From a virus, in IMG/VR virus record IMGVR_UViG_3300045988_164547, positions 1-33,165 of that record: a DNA stretch of 33,165 nt; one strand, given 5' to 3'. The translations under genes and the position numbers were made by a program. The notes beneath the pieces are model-generated. The model ran no database searches. It saw nothing but the letters and a program-made list of their open reading frames with translations, and had not been told where the DNA came from. Below, in pieces: positions 16,737 to 25,692 of this stretch (position 1 is its first letter; every line of letters begins with the position of its first letter).

Positions 16737-16809
16737 TCGGGTTTGAGAGTAGTGTGATTTCACAAGGTACTGAAACGGCGATTACTTCACATAAGAAAGG
16801 AGCGTAATT

Positions 16810-16974
16810 ATGGACGAAAATAATATGCAAGAAAAGTTGAACCGCTTAGCTCGCATTCTTTACAGGACTGTTTACCGATACTATGAAGATGCCGAGCATC
16901 GTAAGGAATTTGACGAGTGGCATTTGAGAGAATACGGAGTGCCGTACCATTGGAAGACATTACAGGAGGAATAA
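16810..16974 (+). CDS. Small hypothetical protein (54 aa)
   Basis: AAAGGAG RBS 7 nt upstream. Preferred over the antisense track ORF 16808..16993. Confidence 0.45.
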   Translation: MDENNMQEKLNRLARILYRTVYRYYEDAEHRKEFDEWHLREYGVPYHWKTLQEE

Positions 16975-17011
16975 AGATGTTCGTCAACGGCAAGTTTAAA
17001 GAGGTAACCGT

Positions 17012-17155
17012 ATGAGCGAAATGATTAGATCTTTTTTTGAGTTACTTATTGTTTTGGCAATTATATACGGATACATCCATGAACAGGACGTAATCGATTT
17101 CGAGCAGCGGTTAAAAGCAAAGATTTTAAAATTCTTATTAGGAGTAATGAAATGA
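17012..17155 (+). CDS. Small single-pass membrane protein (47 aa)
   Basis: Hydrophobic segment FFELLIVLAIIYGYI. Its stop overlaps the next gene's start. Confidence 0.4.
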   Translation: MSEMIRSFFELLIVLAIIYGYIHEQDVIDFEQRLKAKILKFLLGVMK

Positions 17156-18078
17156 TAACAAAATACAAATGGAAAACTCATGATGAATGGTTAAATCTCA
17201 GAAAAGCTTATATCGGTGGATCTGAGGCAGGCTCTATAATCGGAATGAATCCATACAAGAGTGCTTATACTCTTTGGGCGGAAAAGACAGGCAGAGCATT
17301 ACCTTTCGAAGGCAACATAACAACAGAAGTCGGGGCTTATCTTGAAGAGTTTGTTGCCAAAAAATTTGAGCACGAAACAGGGAAAAAAGTCAGAAGAGAA
17401 AATTTCATGCTCGTCAACGATAAGTACCCGTGGGCAGAAGCTAATGTTGACAGAATGGTGGTTGGCGAAAAAGCATTGCTTGAAATCAAGACTACAAACA
17501 GCTTCCCTAACATGAAGAAGATTAAGGGCGGAGAATTCCCCGACGCTTGGTATGCGCAGATGACACATTATCTTGCTGTTACGGAGCTTGAAAGAGCTTA
17601 TCTTGCTGTCCTTGTCAATTGTCGGGAGATCTATTTCTTCACGCTTGAAAGAGACGAGGAAGAGATTCAAGCTCTTATGGAGCAAGAGAAAAGGTTCAAG
17701 CATTACATAGACACAGAATCAAAACCTCCTGTTGACGGCTCTGATTCGACCACCGATACAATAGCGGAAATGTATCCGGATGACAACGGTACTACAGTAA
17801 GCCTTATCGGCTATGAAAATGACCTGAGACAATACCTTGACATAACGCAGAATATCCGAGACCTTGAAGCTTTAAAAAAAGAAAAAATCAATAAAATCAA
17901 GGCTTTTATGGGTGCTGCCGAAAATGGCGAATCCGATAATTTCAAGTGCACTTGGAAAACGGGAAATAGGAATTCATTTGATGTAAAAGCGTTCACACAA
18001 GATCATCCCGACATAGACCTATCGGGATATTATAAAACATCACAATACAGAACTTTTAGAATTAACGAAAGGAAATGA
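17152..18078 (+). CDS. YqaJ-like recombination exonuclease (PD-(D/E)xK)
   Basis: N-terminus WLNLRKAYIGGSEAGSIIGMNPYKSAYTLW, followed by LEIKT. Paired with RecT. Confidence 0.8.
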   Translation: MITKYKWKTHDEWLNLRKAYIGGSEAGSIIGMNPYKSAYTLWAEKTGRALPFEGNITTEVGAYLEEFVAKKFEHETGKKVRRENFMLVNDKYPWAEANVDRMVVGEKALLEIKTTNSFPNMKKIKGGEFPDAWYAQMTHYLAVTELERAYLAVLVNCREIYFFTLERDEEEIQALMEQEKRFKHYIDTESKPPVDGSDSTTDTIAEMYPDDNGTTVSLIGYENDLRQYLDITQNIRDLEALKKEKINKIKAFMGAAENGESDNFKCTWKTGNRNSFDVKAFTQDHPDIDLSGYYKTSQYRTFRINERK

Positions 18079-18896
18079 ACATCGTGGGAAAAATCCAAAA
18101 TCAAGTAGCAACTACAACAAAAAAAGACGTCTCCATGAAAGGCTTAATTAAGTCTATGGAGGGTGAAATCGCCAAAGCATTGCCGAGTGTAATAACACCG
18201 GAACGTTTTACTCGAATGACCCTCTCGGCTATTTCGGTAAATCCTAAGCTTGCAGATTGCACCCCTAAGTCCTTTCTCGGCGCGATGATGAATGCAGCAC
18301 AGCTCGGTCTTGAACCTAACACTCCTCTCGGACAGGCTTATTTAATTCCTTATAAAAATCACGGAATTGATGAAGTACAGTTCCAAATAGGTTACAAAGG
18401 TCTTATAGATCTTGCTTACCGGAGCGGCGAAGTTGAACTTGTACAAGCCCAGGTCGTTTATGAGAACGATACCTTCGAGTGTCAGTACGGGCTTGAACCG
18501 AAACTTTTACACATTCCCGCCGACAGCAACAGAGGCGACCCGATAAAGGTTTATGCCTTATTCAGGACGAAATCGGGCGGATACGGCTTTGAAGTAATGT
18601 CTATGGACGATGTAAAAAAACATGCAGAGAAATACAGCAGAGCCTATTCAACTGCATACTCTCCGTGGAAGACAAACTTTGAAGAAATGGCCAAGAAAAC
18701 CGTTCTTAAAAAGGTCTTGAAATACGCTCCGATGAAATCCGATTTCGTAAGAGCTATTTCATCGGATGAAAGTATAAAATCGGAAATATCTTCAGATATG
18801 TATGAAGTCGCAGACGAAACGATCTATGTCGATGTTGACGAAGAGACGGGAGAAGTTAAAGAAAATGATACAACGCCAAACGGACAAGACGCTTAA
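18075..18896 (+). CDS. recT: RecT-family single-strand annealing protein
   Basis: Motifs PERFTRMTLSAISVNPKLADCTPKSFLGAMMNAAQLGLEP...IGYKGLIDLAYRSG. Confidence 0.85.
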   Translation: MNIVGKIQNQVATTTKKDVSMKGLIKSMEGEIAKALPSVITPERFTRMTLSAISVNPKLADCTPKSFLGAMMNAAQLGLEPNTPLGQAYLIPYKNHGIDEVQFQIGYKGLIDLAYRSGEVELVQAQVVYENDTFECQYGLEPKLLHIPADSNRGDPIKVYALFRTKSGGYGFEVMSMDDVKKHAEKYSRAYSTAYSPWKTNFEEMAKKTVLKKVLKYAPMKSDFVRAISSDESIKSEISSDMYEVADETIYVDVDEETGEVKENDTTPNGQDA

Positions 18897-18900
18897 TTAT

Positions 18901-19101
18901 ATGCAAGCAAACGGTTCTATTACTTATAAACAAATGATGAGCGTGTTGAATATCAACTCCCCGAGAGACATAATCCGACAGCTCAAAAAAGACGGCGTGC
19001 CAATCCTTACAGAGAGAGTTCAATATACCAAAAAGGACGGCACAAAAAGCTTCTATCACAAATTCAGTATAAAGGAGAATGTTAGCAATGACAAAAATTA
19101 A
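18901..19101 (+). CDS. Small winged-helix DNA-binding protein
   Basis: Start set at ATG 18901 (MQANGSITYKQMMSVLNINSPRDIIRQLKKDGVPI), just after the RecT stop. Confidence 0.45.
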   Translation: MQANGSITYKQMMSVLNINSPRDIIRQLKKDGVPILTERVQYTKKDGTKSFYHKFSIKENVSNDKN

Positions 19102-19300
19102 CGTAATCGGAACAGATAAGGAATACATCATAGACGATGTAAACGAAGTATACCAAGATGAAAAATCCGGATTCAGTCTTTTTGTTTATGACGGTAAAAT
19201 TATTAACGCACCTACAAACAGGTTGCTTATTGAAACCGACATAAAAAGCAACGAAGACATTGTTAAACTTAAAGCAAAAGTGGGTAAGACCAATGATTAA
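19088..19300 (+). CDS. Hypothetical protein
   Basis: 70 aa, AAGGAG RBS. Confidence 0.4.
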   Translation: MTKINVIGTDKEYIIDDVNEVYQDEKSGFSLFVYDGKIINAPTNRLLIETDIKSNEDIVKLKAKVGKTND

Positions 19301-19727
19301 CTGTGCTTTTATAATGGGTCGGCTTATTGCCGACCCCGAGCTTCGCACCACTCCGAGCGGCATATCGGTTACATCTTTTTGCGTTGCCGTTGACCGTTCA
19401 TATGTAAAATCCGGTGAAGAGAGACAGACCGATTTTATCAACGTTGTTGCATGGCGCCAGACGGCTGATTTTGTCACACGCTATTTCCACAAGGGCTCTA
19501 TGATAGCAGTTCAGGGCTCTATTCAGACCCGTTCCTATGAAGATAAGAACGGCAACAAACGAACCGCAGTTGAGATAGTTGCAGATAAAGTGTCCTTTTG
19601 TGGCTCCAAGAGCGGCTTTAATGAAAGTTCCGACACACAGACGAGTAATTACACTCAAAACAGCCAAAACGGCGAATTAAGCGCAAACAGCGAAGATTTT
19701 GAAGATGACAGCGGGCTTCCGTTTTAA
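19293..19727 (+). CDS. ssb: Single-stranded DNA-binding protein
   Basis: OB-fold signature GRLIADPELRTTPSG...FINVVAWRQTADF and an acidic tail DDSGLPF. Confidence 0.9.
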   Translation: MINCAFIMGRLIADPELRTTPSGISVTSFCVAVDRSYVKSGEERQTDFINVVAWRQTADFVTRYFHKGSMIAVQGSIQTRSYEDKNGNKRTAVEIVADKVSFCGSKSGFNESSDTQTSNYTQNSQNGELSANSEDFEDDSGLPF

Positions 19728-19748
19728 TTTAAGCTAAGGAGTAATGAA

Positions 19749-20528
19749 ATGGCGGCATATGGATACATCAAAGCGTATCGTTCTTTGCTGGATTGTTGGT
19801 TGTGGGAAGATCGTCCGTATTCTTACGGACAAGCATTTGAATACATTTTATTTTCGGCGTGTTTTCGACCTTGTAAACTATTGATTGATAAGAAAATTGT
19901 CGAGGTTGACAGAGGCGAATTTTACACTTCAATTCGGAAATTGTCGGAACAATTTGGTTGGTCAAGGGATAAAACAAAACGTTTTCTCGACCTGCTAAAA
20001 TCAGACGCGAAAATCGCTTATCAAACGAGCCACCGAAACACCCTCGTTAAAGTGCTGAATTACAGCAAATATCAAGACGAAGCATTTGAAAACGAGCCAC
20101 CGATTGAGCCACTTAAAAGCCACTCAAAAGCCACTCAAAAGCCACTCGCCGACACAAAAGAAGAAAGTAAAGAAAGTAAAGAAAGTAAAGAAAGTAAAAT
20201 ATATAACTCTCCTGACGGAGAGTTGCAAAAAATCATCGAGCTGTTTAATTCAATATGCGTGTCGCTTCCGAACATTCAGATGACCGAAAGTCGAAGAAGG
20301 GCTTTACAAAATTCAAAAATAAAAGACTGGGAACAGCTTTTTGTTAAAGTTGAGGCTTCGGATTTCTTAAGCGGACGAGTCAAGGATTGGAAGGCAAGTT
20401 TTGACTGGGTTATAAAGCCGGTCAATGCGGTAAAAATCCTCGAAGGCAATTACGACAACAAACAACACGCAGTAAGCGGTACAGAAAAAATGGCAGCAGC
20501 GTTAGGAGAATTTGTAAATGGCAACTAA
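19749..20528 (+). CDS. Replisome organiser / replication initiator (wHTH N-terminus, DnaD-like C-terminus)
   Basis: N-terminus GYIKAYRSLLDCWLWEDRPYS is typical of phage replication proteins. Internal iteron-like repeats. Located upstream of the loader. Confidence 0.65.
   Translation: MAAYGYIKAYRSLLDCWLWEDRPYSYGQAFEYILFSACFRPCKLLIDKKIVEVDRGEFYTSIRKLSEQFGWSRDKTKRFLDLLKSDAKIAYQTSHRNTLVKVLNYSKYQDEAFENEPPIEPLKSHSKATQKPLADTKEESKESKESKESKIYNSPDGELQKIIELFNSICVSLPNIQMTESRRRALQNSKIKDWEQLFVKVEASDFLSGRVKDWKASFDWVIKPVNAVKILEGNYDNKQHAVSGTEKMAAALGEFVNGN
20096..20198. repeat. Iteron-like repeats inside the replication gene: GCCAC five times at 11-12-bp spacing, then GAAAGTAAA four times, then an AT-rich run
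   Basis: GCCAC starts at 20096, 20108, 20119, 20130 and 20141. Four exact 9-mers span 20163-20198. Confidence 0.8.
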
Positions 20529-21105
20529 AAAATGCATAGCCGAATGCCTTATGGCTATAAAAATTATTTATCCCTATTTCGCGAAAGACACAGACGAAAA
20601 AGCTCTTGCAAAGATTTGGTGTTCCGTTTTTTCAGATTTTCCGGATCCTTTAATCCTCGGAAGTCTGAAAGATTGCTTGCAGAATATATCCTCTCCGCCC
20701 TGCCCAGCAGACATAATTAAAACGGCTCACAAACTCTATGCTCCATCCGCATATGAGCGCTTTTCTCTCCTTACCGCAAAACTTCGCAAGGTTGAAAGAG
20801 AGGAACAACGGTTTACATACACCGTTGTTGAGGAAAACGGAAAAACGGTAGGTGAAAACGCACGGGCTACTGTTGCCGAGCTATGGGAAACACTTCCCCC
20901 TGACCTCAAATTGTATCTCGGAAGTCAAGGTGAAATGATAAGATTGAGCCGCGACCTGTCTGACGAAGCCCTTAAGTTTGAGCGGGTACGATTTGAAAAA
21001 TACTATGCAACGCAGCCAAAATCCACAAGAATCTTATTAGAATCGTACAACGATAAAGCTTTAGCAACTCATCAAGAAGAGGTAAAAGCACTCAATGAAT
21101 TATGA
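20518..21105 (+). CDS. G39P-like helicase loader
   Basis: The pattern IAECLMAIKIIYPYF...IWCSVFSDF...PPCPADIIK resembles the SPP1 G39P family. No phage helicase gene is present. Confidence 0.5.
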   Translation: MATKKCIAECLMAIKIIYPYFAKDTDEKALAKIWCSVFSDFPDPLILGSLKDCLQNISSPPCPADIIKTAHKLYAPSAYERFSLLTAKLRKVEREEQRFTYTVVEENGKTVGENARATVAELWETLPPDLKLYLGSQGEMIRLSRDLSDEALKFERVRFEKYYATQPKSTRILLESYNDKALATHQEEVKALNEL

Positions 21106-21460
21106 ATACATTATCCCTTTAGTGCCGCCAACCAACAACAAGTACATCGGCAACGGCTCAAAAGACAAAAATTTTCAATACCAGACGGAAAAAAAGCATT
21201 GGGCAGGATATGTCAATCTTTTTTGCAATCCAAAACCGCCTTTCCCGATAGCGAGGGCAAAAGTAACTCTGCACTATCACTTCAAGGATAAACGCAGACG
21301 GGACCCGGATAATTACTCAGGCAAGTTTATTCTTGACGGTTTGGTGCGAGCCGGGATATTGCAGGATGATAGCTTTGCTGTGATAGACTTGGAATTGAAA
21401 GCGGATGTTGATATGAATAAACAGGGATACACAGTAATTGAAGTGGGACAAATTCGTTAA
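21095..21460 (+). CDS. rusA: RusA-family Holliday junction resolvase
   Basis: RRDPDNYSGKFILDGLVRAGILQDDS motif, 121 aa. Confidence 0.8.
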   Translation: MNYEYIIPLVPPTNNKYIGNGSKDKNFQYQTEKKHWAGYVNLFCNPKPPFPIARAKVTLHYHFKDKRRRDPDNYSGKFILDGLVRAGILQDDSFAVIDLELKADVDMNKQGYTVIEVGQIR

Positions 21461-21482
21461 ACAAATAAGGAGAAAAGAAGTA

Positions 21483-23270
21483 ATGGACGGTCAAATTGAT
21501 TTATTTGATGAAATTATCGTTGATAATTTTGCGGGAGGCGGCGGCGCCTCAACCGGAATTGAACTTGCTACAGGACGCCCTGTTAATATAGCAATTAACC
21601 ACGATCCCGATGCGATACTAATGCATAAAACAAATCATCCATACACAGAGCATTATCAAGCTTCGGTATGGGATATCAATCCCGAAGAAGTATGCCGAGG
21701 AAGAAAAGTCGGACTTGCTTGGTTCAGCCCGGATTGTAAACACTTTTCTAAAGCGAAGGGCGGAAAACCCGTTGACAAAAAAATAAGAGGTCTTGCTTGG
21801 ATTGTTTTGCGTTGGGCTGCAAAAGTACGGCCAAGAGTGATAATGCTTGAGAATGTTGAAGAGTTTCAGACTTGGGGACCTGTGCGAAAAGGAAAACCTG
21901 TTAAAAGCAAAGTCGGACAAACATTTAATCAGTTTATTGAGCAATTAAAGGCTCTTGATTATGATGTCGAATACAGAGAACTTAAAGCATGTGATTACGG
22001 AGCACCGACAATACGCAAAAGATTTTTTCTTATTGCTCGATGTGATGGCAACCCAATAGTATGGCCCGAAGCTACACACGCACCGGCAGACAGCCCCGAA
22101 GTGACCACTGGAAAGAAAAAGCCTTACAAATCAGCAGCAGAATGCATTGACTTTTCTCTACCATGTCCTTCTATATTTGAGAGAGCAAAACCGTTAGTTC
22201 CAAACACTCAGCGCAGGATAGCAAGAGGACTCGATAAATTTGTTATCCGAGAAGCAAAGCCTTATTTGGTGCATATCGGTAACGGAGAGCGGAACGGTCA
22301 ACTACCTCGCATTTATGACATTGACAAGCCGCTCAATACTGTTGTCAGTTCGTGCAAGCAGGATCTTGTTTTACCATATCTTGAACAAATTAACCATAGT
22401 GGGAAAGAAACAAGAGGGCAAAAACTTGATAAGCAAGTACCAACAATCACATCGAAACATGGTTTTGCTTATATTGCCCCTTCGCTTATTCAGTACCATT
22501 CAGAAACGGCAAAAAGCGAAGTCAGAGGGCAGAAAATCAATAAGCCGATAATGACAATTGACAGTTCGGGCAGATACGGAGTTCAAATTCCTTTTCTTAC
22601 AAAGTTTCAGCAGAATTCATTGGGACAAAAATGCGTAAAGCCTCTTGATACAGTAATGGCAGGAGCGACAAGGTTTGGAATGGTATCTCCTTTCCTTACG
22701 CAGTATTACAGCGGAGCGGATCATGCTAACACGGTTACAAACCCACTGCAAACGGTGACGGTCAAGCCAAGGCATTTCCTTAATGACTGCTTTTTAACAG
22801 TATTGAGAAATCACATGGACTCCAAAAGTATAAATGAACCTCTCAATACAATTACAGCCAGAGCAATGCATTTTAGTTTTGTAAAAGTGTATGTTAAACA
22901 GTATTCCGAAGATGTATGGCTTGGATATTGGCAAAAAATCCGAGCGATGTTAAACGAATACACGGATTGGAATCTTAACGATAACGAAATCATCGTTTTT
23001 AACATTGACGGAACGGAATATTTTATTTACGACATCGGAATGAGAATGCTACAGCCAAAAGAATTATATGCAGCGCAAGGCTTTCCGAAAGATTATGTTA
23101 TCGAAAAAGATTATCTCGGTAATACATATCCAAAATCAAAGCAAGTTGCCCGTTGCGGTAATGCTGTTCCACCGCCATTTGCAACAGCACTCGTAAGAGC
23201 AAATCTTCCCGAATACTGCGATACGTATATACTAACAATGGCTGATTTAATGGAAAGGATGGCAATATGA
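21483..23270 (+). CDS. DNA (cytosine-5) methyltransferase, orphan
   Basis: Motif I DNFAGGGG, motif IV SPDCKHFS, motif VI MLENV, and C-terminal QGFP...CGNAVPPP. Start set at ATG 21483 after an AAGGAG RBS. Confidence 0.85.
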   Translation: MDGQIDLFDEIIVDNFAGGGGASTGIELATGRPVNIAINHDPDAILMHKTNHPYTEHYQASVWDINPEEVCRGRKVGLAWFSPDCKHFSKAKGGKPVDKKIRGLAWIVLRWAAKVRPRVIMLENVEEFQTWGPVRKGKPVKSKVGQTFNQFIEQLKALDYDVEYRELKACDYGAPTIRKRFFLIARCDGNPIVWPEATHAPADSPEVTTGKKKPYKSAAECIDFSLPCPSIFERAKPLVPNTQRRIARGLDKFVIREAKPYLVHIGNGERNGQLPRIYDIDKPLNTVVSSCKQDLVLPYLEQINHSGKETRGQKLDKQVPTITSKHGFAYIAPSLIQYHSETAKSEVRGQKINKPIMTIDSSGRYGVQIPFLTKFQQNSLGQKCVKPLDTVMAGATRFGMVSPFLTQYYSGADHANTVTNPLQTVTVKPRHFLNDCFLTVLRNHMDSKSINEPLNTITARAMHFSFVKVYVKQYSEDVWLGYWQKIRAMLNEYTDWNLNDNEIIVFNIDGTEYFIYDIGMRMLQPKELYAAQGFPKDYVIEKDYLGNTYPKSKQVARCGNAVPPPFATALVRANLPEYCDTYILTMADLMERMAI

Positions 23271-23536
23271 ACGATATGACTTACGAAGAAGTCAGAAATA
23301 ATTTTATTCAAGATTTAGCTGAAAACGCTTACTTGAGTATGTGCTCTATGGAAGAAATGAAAATTGTTATTGAAGCTCTTGATAAGCAGATACCGAAAAA
23401 AATTATACGCAAATCTAAAAAGGCATCATTAGAAGATATAAAATGCCCAAATTGTCAAAGAGAAATCGACGCAATGAATATAGTAAATTACTGCACTTAT
23501 TGCGGACAGGCTTTAGATTGGAGTGCCATAGAATGA
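23267..23536 (+). CDS. Zinc-ribbon protein
   Basis: CPNC...N17...CTYC, 89 aa. Confidence 0.5.
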   Translation: MNDMTYEEVRNNFIQDLAENAYLSMCSMEEMKIVIEALDKQIPKKIIRKSKKASLEDIKCPNCQREIDAMNIVNYCTYCGQALDWSAIE

Positions 23537-24147
23537 AAAGCGTAATGATAAGCATTAAGCCTAAATACTGCGAGCTTATTGCGAGCGGCAAAAAGACGAT
23601 TGAAGTGAGAAAAACAAGACCGAAGATTGAAACGCCGTTTAAGTGCTATATCTACTGTACTCTTCCACCAAAAGAAGAACTATTAAATTTTGGGAGTTTT
23701 CGTGAATATGCAAACGAGTTAATAAGATTGCAAGACGGACTGATAGTGTATGATTACGGAATGCGAGTTTGTTGTGATATTGAAGGCCGCCCATATTCAC
23801 AAGATAATTTCCTTTGCAAAAAAGTTATAGGCGAGTTTATGTGCGATAATATTTATCCGATACGGTATGAAATGGACGGATTTGCTGATGCGGTTGACTG
23901 CGAAACAAGCTGTTTGAAGCCAAGAGATTTTATCGCATACGGAAAAGGCAAACAATTATACGGTTGGCGCATATCCAACCTTGTGATTTATGATAAGCCG
24001 AAAGAGTTGAGCGAATTTGAAAGACCATGCAATCATAACTGCTTTGTCCCATGCCCTCATTATCGAGGCAAGGAATACGAATGTGAAAAACCTATAATAA
24101 CAAGACCGCCACAGAGCTGGTGCTATGTTGAGGAGGTAAAAGAATGA
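23533..24147 (+). CDS. ASCH (PUA-like) domain protein
   Basis: SIKPKYCELIASGKKTIEVRK signature. ATGA-coupled start at 23533. Confidence 0.65.
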   Translation: MKSVMISIKPKYCELIASGKKTIEVRKTRPKIETPFKCYIYCTLPPKEELLNFGSFREYANELIRLQDGLIVYDYGMRVCCDIEGRPYSQDNFLCKKVIGEFMCDNIYPIRYEMDGFADAVDCETSCLKPRDFIAYGKGKQLYGWRISNLVIYDKPKELSEFERPCNHNCFVPCPHYRGKEYECEKPIITRPPQSWCYVEEVKE

Positions 24148-24326
24148 AGATAATATATGACGATTTACCCGAATTTATTGAGGTGCGGTTGCGTTGCGAA
24201 AATACAAGGAAAAAATCAATGTGTAAATACTGCCCTTTTTATGCCCGTTGTGAGATTGACGACGATAGGCGTTTGCATACGATGTGCTGTGAAATAGATG
24301 GAGTACGTAACGGAGGGGAAAAATGA
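24144..24326 (+). CDS. Small Cys-rich protein
   Basis: 60 aa, coupled start and stop. Confidence 0.4.
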   Translation: MKIIYDDLPEFIEVRLRCENTRKKSMCKYCPFYARCEIDDDRRLHTMCCEIDGVRNGGEK

Positions 24327-24937
24327 ATTGCAAAGATAATTGTTTACATTACGAAGTCTGCGCACAATTTTCAAAGGCTGACGGTGCAAATCACGAATAT
24401 TATGACTTCTCAAATCAAGCTGAAAAATGCGAGTGCTTCAAAGACTGCCACAGAGGTATCAATGACGAAAGACTAACGCCTACGGCTGATGTGGCAAAGA
24501 TAGCAAGATGTAAAGACTGTATGACAGATAACGAGATTATAAAGGCTTTGGAGTGCTTATGTTGGAATCGTTCAAAATGTAGAGAATGTCCGTATTCTCC
24601 GAGGTATGAATTTCCGCTTTGTCAACGGCAAATTGCAAAAGATTCTCTTGACCTTATCAAACGCCAAAAGGCTGAGGCTGATAGTGCAAAAGCAAAAATC
24701 AAGATTTGTGCAGAAGTCATAGAAAGACAAGACGCAGAGATTGAGAGGTTAAAGAATAGAATAAGTGAACAGAAGGCATATACGGCAGATTTGCAAAACA
24801 AGATTGTAAAATTAAAAGATTACAACGAAAATTTGCTTGCCGCAAATACGGGTTTGTCAAATGAAGTTCTCGAATTCAAAGCAAAATTTGACGATTTTAT
24901 TACTAATCTCTTAAAAGAATTGGTTGGTGAGGAATAA
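24323..24937 (+). CDS. Cys-rich N-terminal domain plus coiled-coil protein
   Basis: 204 aa. N-terminus MNCKDNCLHYEVC...AEKCECF is paralogous to 25224..25451. Confidence 0.5.
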   Translation: MNCKDNCLHYEVCAQFSKADGANHEYYDFSNQAEKCECFKDCHRGINDERLTPTADVAKIARCKDCMTDNEIIKALECLCWNRSKCRECPYSPRYEFPLCQRQIAKDSLDLIKRQKAEADSAKAKIKICAEVIERQDAEIERLKNRISEQKAYTADLQNKIVKLKDYNENLLAANTGLSNEVLEFKAKFDDFITNLLKELVGEE

Positions 24938-25227
24938 TGAGAGTGATTTTGTTTAGAGGTAAACGGACAGATAACGGCGAGTGGGCGTACGGTGTGCCTA
25001 CGAAAGATAATCACGGTGAAATGGTTATGGTTGAAAGCACATTCGAGTGTGAAGAATATAATTGCTGTGGTGCAAATTGTTTGTATGTTGAGTGGGACGG
25101 AATATGTTTTACAAACAGACAAACCGTAGAAATGGATTACTTGTATGAAAGCGAAACAACGGTTTGCTGTGAAGTTATCGGAAACATACACGACAACCCC
25201 GAATTGTTAAGGAGTGATACAGAATGA
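24937..25227 (+). CDS. YopX-family protein
   Basis: LFRGKRTDNGEWAYG...VIGNIHDNPELL. Confidence 0.65.
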   Translation: MRVILFRGKRTDNGEWAYGVPTKDNHGEMVMVESTFECEEYNCCGANCLYVEWDGICFTNRQTVEMDYLYESETTVCCEVIGNIHDNPELLRSDTE

Positions 25228-25451
25228 ATTGTCGAGATTGTCTGCATTTTAAGGCGTGTTATGAAATGGCGACAGCAAATAATGCGGATGAGTTTAACAC
25301 AATGTTCGCTGAGAAATGTGAAGATTTCACCAACCGTTCCGAATGGGTACATTTGCCAAGTGACGAATATCCCTTTACTGTTCGCGGTGATATTGCAAAG
25401 GGACTTATTATTTCAAATTGTCGAGCAGCAGAAAAAGCATTGGAGGAATAA
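25224..25451 (+). CDS. Small Cys-rich protein (paralogue of the 24323 N-terminal domain)
   Basis: MNCRDCLHFKACY...AEKCEDF. Confidence 0.5.
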   Translation: MNCRDCLHFKACYEMATANNADEFNTMFAEKCEDFTNRSEWVHLPSDEYPFTVRGDIAKGLIISNCRAAEKALEE

Positions 25452-25454
25452 ACA

Positions 25455-25556
25455 ATGGAGTGTACAGAGAAAAATATTGACAAGAATAAATTGTTGAAAT
25501 TCTCGGTAGACGCAGATAATCTAAATCGGATAAGTATTTATCAAAAAAAGGAGTGA
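25455..25556 (+). CDS. Small hypothetical protein (33 aa)
   Basis: GGAGG RBS 8 nt upstream. Short, so uncertain. Confidence 0.3.
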   Translation: MECTEKNIDKNKLLKFSVDADNLNRISIYQKKE

Positions 25557-25560
25557 TGAT

Positions 25561-25692
25561 ATGAGAAAATACATAGAAATCATTGCAGTCATTCTTGTTT
25601 TCATCGGAGCGGCGGTATTATCCGTTTATTTAATTTCAAAGGTGTTTTTGAAATTACTCGTTTTTATATGTTGGGCGGTGATTTTGGTATGA
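25561..25692 (+). CDS. Small hydrophobic membrane protein (43 aa)
   Basis: AAGGAG RBS. Two hydrophobic stretches (IIAVILVFIGAAVLSVYLI and LLVFICWAVILV). Confidence 0.4.
   Translation: MRKYIEIIAVILVFIGAAVLSVYLISKVFLKLLVFICWAVILV

Noticed and set aside
16808-16993. Minus-strand 61-aa ORF in the early region.
   Set aside because: It is opposite to the operon direction and has no RBS. The + strand carries an SD-preceded 54-aa ORF at 16810..16974.
20163-20198. The tandem 9-bp repeat could be a CRISPR-like or satellite array.
   Set aside because: It is only four contiguous units with no spacers, in frame inside a coding region (KESKESKESK). It fits iterons or a low-complexity linker better.
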